Virus record (IMG/VR): IMGVR_UViG_2851976983_000001
Coordinates: 32,001 to 96,000 of that record
DNA: 64,000 bases
From: a virus
Taxonomy: Duplodnaviria > Heunggongvirae > Uroviricota > Caudoviricetes
Reading direction: 5' to 3' (one strand)
Below are positions 61,823 through 64,000 of this stretch, one piece after another (position 1 is the first letter of the stretch; the number at the start of each line of letters is the position of its first letter). The position numbers and the translations under genes are program-made. The notes beneath the pieces were generated by a model. That model was not told where the DNA came from. It saw only the letters and a program-made list of their open reading frames with translations, and made no database searches.

Positions 61823-62710
61823 TTACTTAAGTCCAATTTTCCCCAGACCGGAGGCCAACTTATCCATAGTCGACTTGTTCTTCGGTTGGGATATTGTGTA
61901 GGTCGATTTGGAATGTGAGCCTACACCCTGCTTGGCTTCGCTACGCATCAATGCGTCAGCTTCCGGATCTGCCCGCACAATGCGTTCAATCGCGGATTCA
62001 AACGGCAACGGCTTACCTTCACCGTCAACCAGAACAGCTCGTTCTTTGTGACCTGCCGGTTTGTCATAACCCACTACGCTACCGTCTTCACCCACTTCAA
62101 AATGAGAACCGTAGATCACGCGGGCTTTTGCCGGAGTCATCAGAACTTTGTCACGTAGGAAGAGAGAGTTACTGAAGGAAGCGCCCACGGTCATCTCGAC
62201 TAATTGAGATTTCAGTGATGCGTTTTCACTTTCCAGTGCTGCATAACGTTCGTCACGCTGTGCCAGCTCTGCCTGGTGTGCTTCGATCATCTGTTTTTTA
62301 ACAGCATCGAACTCACCACGACGCTCCAGTTCAGCTTGCTCCGCCTCACGACGTGCGTTTTCTGCGGCCTGTTCAGCTTCTAAAAGCTGGCGAGCACGAG
62401 CCGGATCGATATCACCGTACTGAGCAAGCTGATCGGCCAATGTGCGCTCTTTCTCTTTGCGCTTCATGTTCTCCTTCAGCAGTTCAGCACCAGCTTTCTT
62501 GGTTTTACGAAGTTCGGCCAGTAACTCTTCCTGAGTCATGCCAGCGTATTCGTCATCGCCCTTCGGCTGCTCTTTTTGTTCACCCTGTTTGTCAGGATCT
62601 TGTGTACTCTGCTCATTATCAGCAGCTACACCGCCAGCGCCTCCACGCTCATGCGCTTCAGCGACATCCATCAGACCACGACGGGCCAAAAGCATTTGCC
62701 ACAGATTCAT
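61823..62710 (-). CDS. scaffolding protein candidate
   Basis: 295 aa, highly charged Glu/Arg/Ala-rich helical repeats. Confidence 0.5.
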   Translation of the reverse strand: MNLWQMLLARRGLMDVAEAHERGGAGGVAADNEQSTQDPDKQGEQKEQPKGDDEYAGMTQEELLAELRKTKKAGAELLKENMKRKEKERTLADQLAQYGDIDPARARQLLEAEQAAENARREAEQAELERRGEFDAVKKQMIEAHQAELAQRDERYAALESENASLKSQLVEMTVGASFSNSLFLRDKVLMTPAKARVIYGSHFEVGEDGSVVGYDKPAGHKERAVLVDGEGKPLPFESAIERIVRADPEADALMRSEAKQGVGSHSKSTYTISQPKNKSTMDKLASGLGKIGLK

Positions 62711-62731
62711 AAAAATTCCTTTTGTTACTTA

Positions 62732-64000
62732 TCACTCGTTCTCTTGAGTAGATGAGTCCCCATTCCCTCGGGGTTGATCTTGCCCGCTTTCTTGGGCTGC
62801 ACCACGATCATAAGTAAGTACTGACTTATTTTCAAGGGTATTTAGATCATTTTTTGGAGGAAAATTCAAGAGATCTTTATCAAATTCCTTTTTCATCGCC
62901 TCAGTAATGTTCGGGAAAATCTTCTCAATAAGCATTTCCATCTGGTGACGACGTACAGAGTCCGGTGCCTGAAGTAATGACAGTTTCTCGGCAACAGAAA
63001 ATTCATCAGTAAGGCCACGAATATCGAAACTTTCTGGATACGCAATTAAAGAGTGGTCTTCGTCCAGATCTACCCCCATCCATTTCGCAACCAGTAGCAT
63101 GATTTGGCGTTCAGCCCTTTCCAGACGCTCTGCTTTTGTGACAAGCAAGCTATTTACACGCTGGAAGTCATACATTTTTGCGGCACCAGATGAGTTATCG
63201 ATTCCCTGTGCGTTGTCCTGCTTCGTTCGCTCACCAGCTACACCAACTGAATGGTAGATTTCGTTAATCACCGTCTTAATCGTAGTGATGATCATCTGAG
63301 CTTGTTTCGGGTCTGGTGACAGATAAAACGGCTGGTTTCCACCTTCAGAATCGTAGGTGAAGACTCGCTTTGTGCCCATTTCAAGCACTTTAGTGTGGTT
63401 TTCATCACCAGGTAAAAGCGACTGTACTGGTATAGCCAACTGGCTAAATGTCTGATCCTGAATAATGGCATCAAGGTTTGACAGATAGTTTGCAACCGCA
63501 CGATCAAGATAAGCGATATCATCGATCAACGATGGGCTGAAATACGGTGATTCACTTTCTCCAATACAATCAACAGGAAACACAGGAACTACGCCGAGAT
63601 TATGCTCACCGCTATCCTCTAAAATAACTTTTGCCTGACGGCGACCTGCTCCACCAGCGCCCTTCTTCACTTCCTCACGGAACAGATACCACTCGTTTTG
63701 TGTCCACAGACGATAACGTTGGTATTCCTGACCTGTAGAAGTAAAAGGATCTGCGTCATCGCGAGCGACTTCCACAATTAACGCCCATAACATATTCCCG
63801 TCGTCGTCCCATGCCACATCCAGCATTTGCTGAGGTGAAATCCAGTAGGCGTAGGCGCGAGCATCTTTCTTTTTCTCGTCAGCTACTGACTCAACATCAC
63901 CACTCATCGTGCTATCGACAACAACCCATATGCGACCGTAAATAGACGACTGCAAATCAATAGCGGCCATAAATGAGTCAATAGAGGCATTCTGGCGAGT
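62732..64000 (-). CDS. portal protein candidate (5' end may extend beyond window)
   Basis: Track ORF 62732..63970; the frame stays open to the window edge upstream of the ATG. Confidence 0.5.
   Translation of the reverse strand, partial: TRQNASIDSFMAAIDLQSSIYGRIWVVVDSTMSGDVESVADEKKKDARAYAYWISPQQMLDVAWDDDGNMLWALIVEVARDDADPFTSTGQEYQRYRLWTQNEWYLFREEVKKGAGGAGRRQAKVILEDSGEHNLGVVPVFPVDCIGESESPYFSPSLIDDIAYLDRAVANYLSNLDAIIQDQTFSQLAIPVQSLLPGDENHTKVLEMGTKRVFTYDSEGGNQPFYLSPDPKQAQMIITTIKTVINEIYHSVGVAGERTKQDNAQGIDNSSGAAKMYDFQRVNSLLVTKAERLERAERQIMLLVAKWMGVDLDEDHSLIAYPESFDIRGLTDEFSVAEKLSLLQAPDSVRRHQMEMLIEKIFPNITEAMKKEFDKDLLNFPPKNDLNTLENKSVLTYDRGAAQESGQDQPRGNGDSSTQENE

Overview
The window is almost entirely one phage-derived mobile element whose gene content fits a temperate siphovirus that can also live as a plasmid (phage-plasmid; resemblance to SSU5/pHCM2-type elements is from memory only). 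Nearly all genes are on the minus strand. Block 1 (1-28.8 kb) is replication and recombination: RecA-family recombinase, 5'-3' exonuclease, SSB, DnaE-type polymerase, CobS/CobT-like AAA+/vWA pair, tyrosine recombinase with HTH partner, glutaredoxin, PhoH, DNA ligase, primase, DnaB-like helicase. Block 2 (29.8-31 kb) is a ParA-type partition pair. Block 3 (32.4-34.2 kb) is a lysis cassette. Block 4 (34-64 kb) is a lambda-like tail and head module (side tail fibre, J, I, K, L, M, tape measure, G/T, major tail, capsid, scaffold, portal). Two tail genes are interrupted by IS elements with intact target-site duplications and can be rejoined in frame: IS2 in the side tail fibre gene, and an IS21-family (IS100-like) element carrying a nested IS3-family (IS629-like) copy in J. 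A tRNA-Asn(GUU) sits in a 1.5 kb ORF-free, hairpin-dense region. The candidates I rate highest for a new system are (i) the tyrosine recombinase next to a perfect 13-7-13 palindrome (Cre/lox-like), (ii) an HNH / lipoprotein / HEPN-motif gene cluster beside the tRNA, (iii) a dispersed palindromic motif family upstream of many genes, (iv) a candidate HicAB-like pair behind a near-consensus promoter, and (v) two orphan plus-strand genes. All calls come from reading the ORF translations and the DNA by eye; no database search was run, and element names are from memory.
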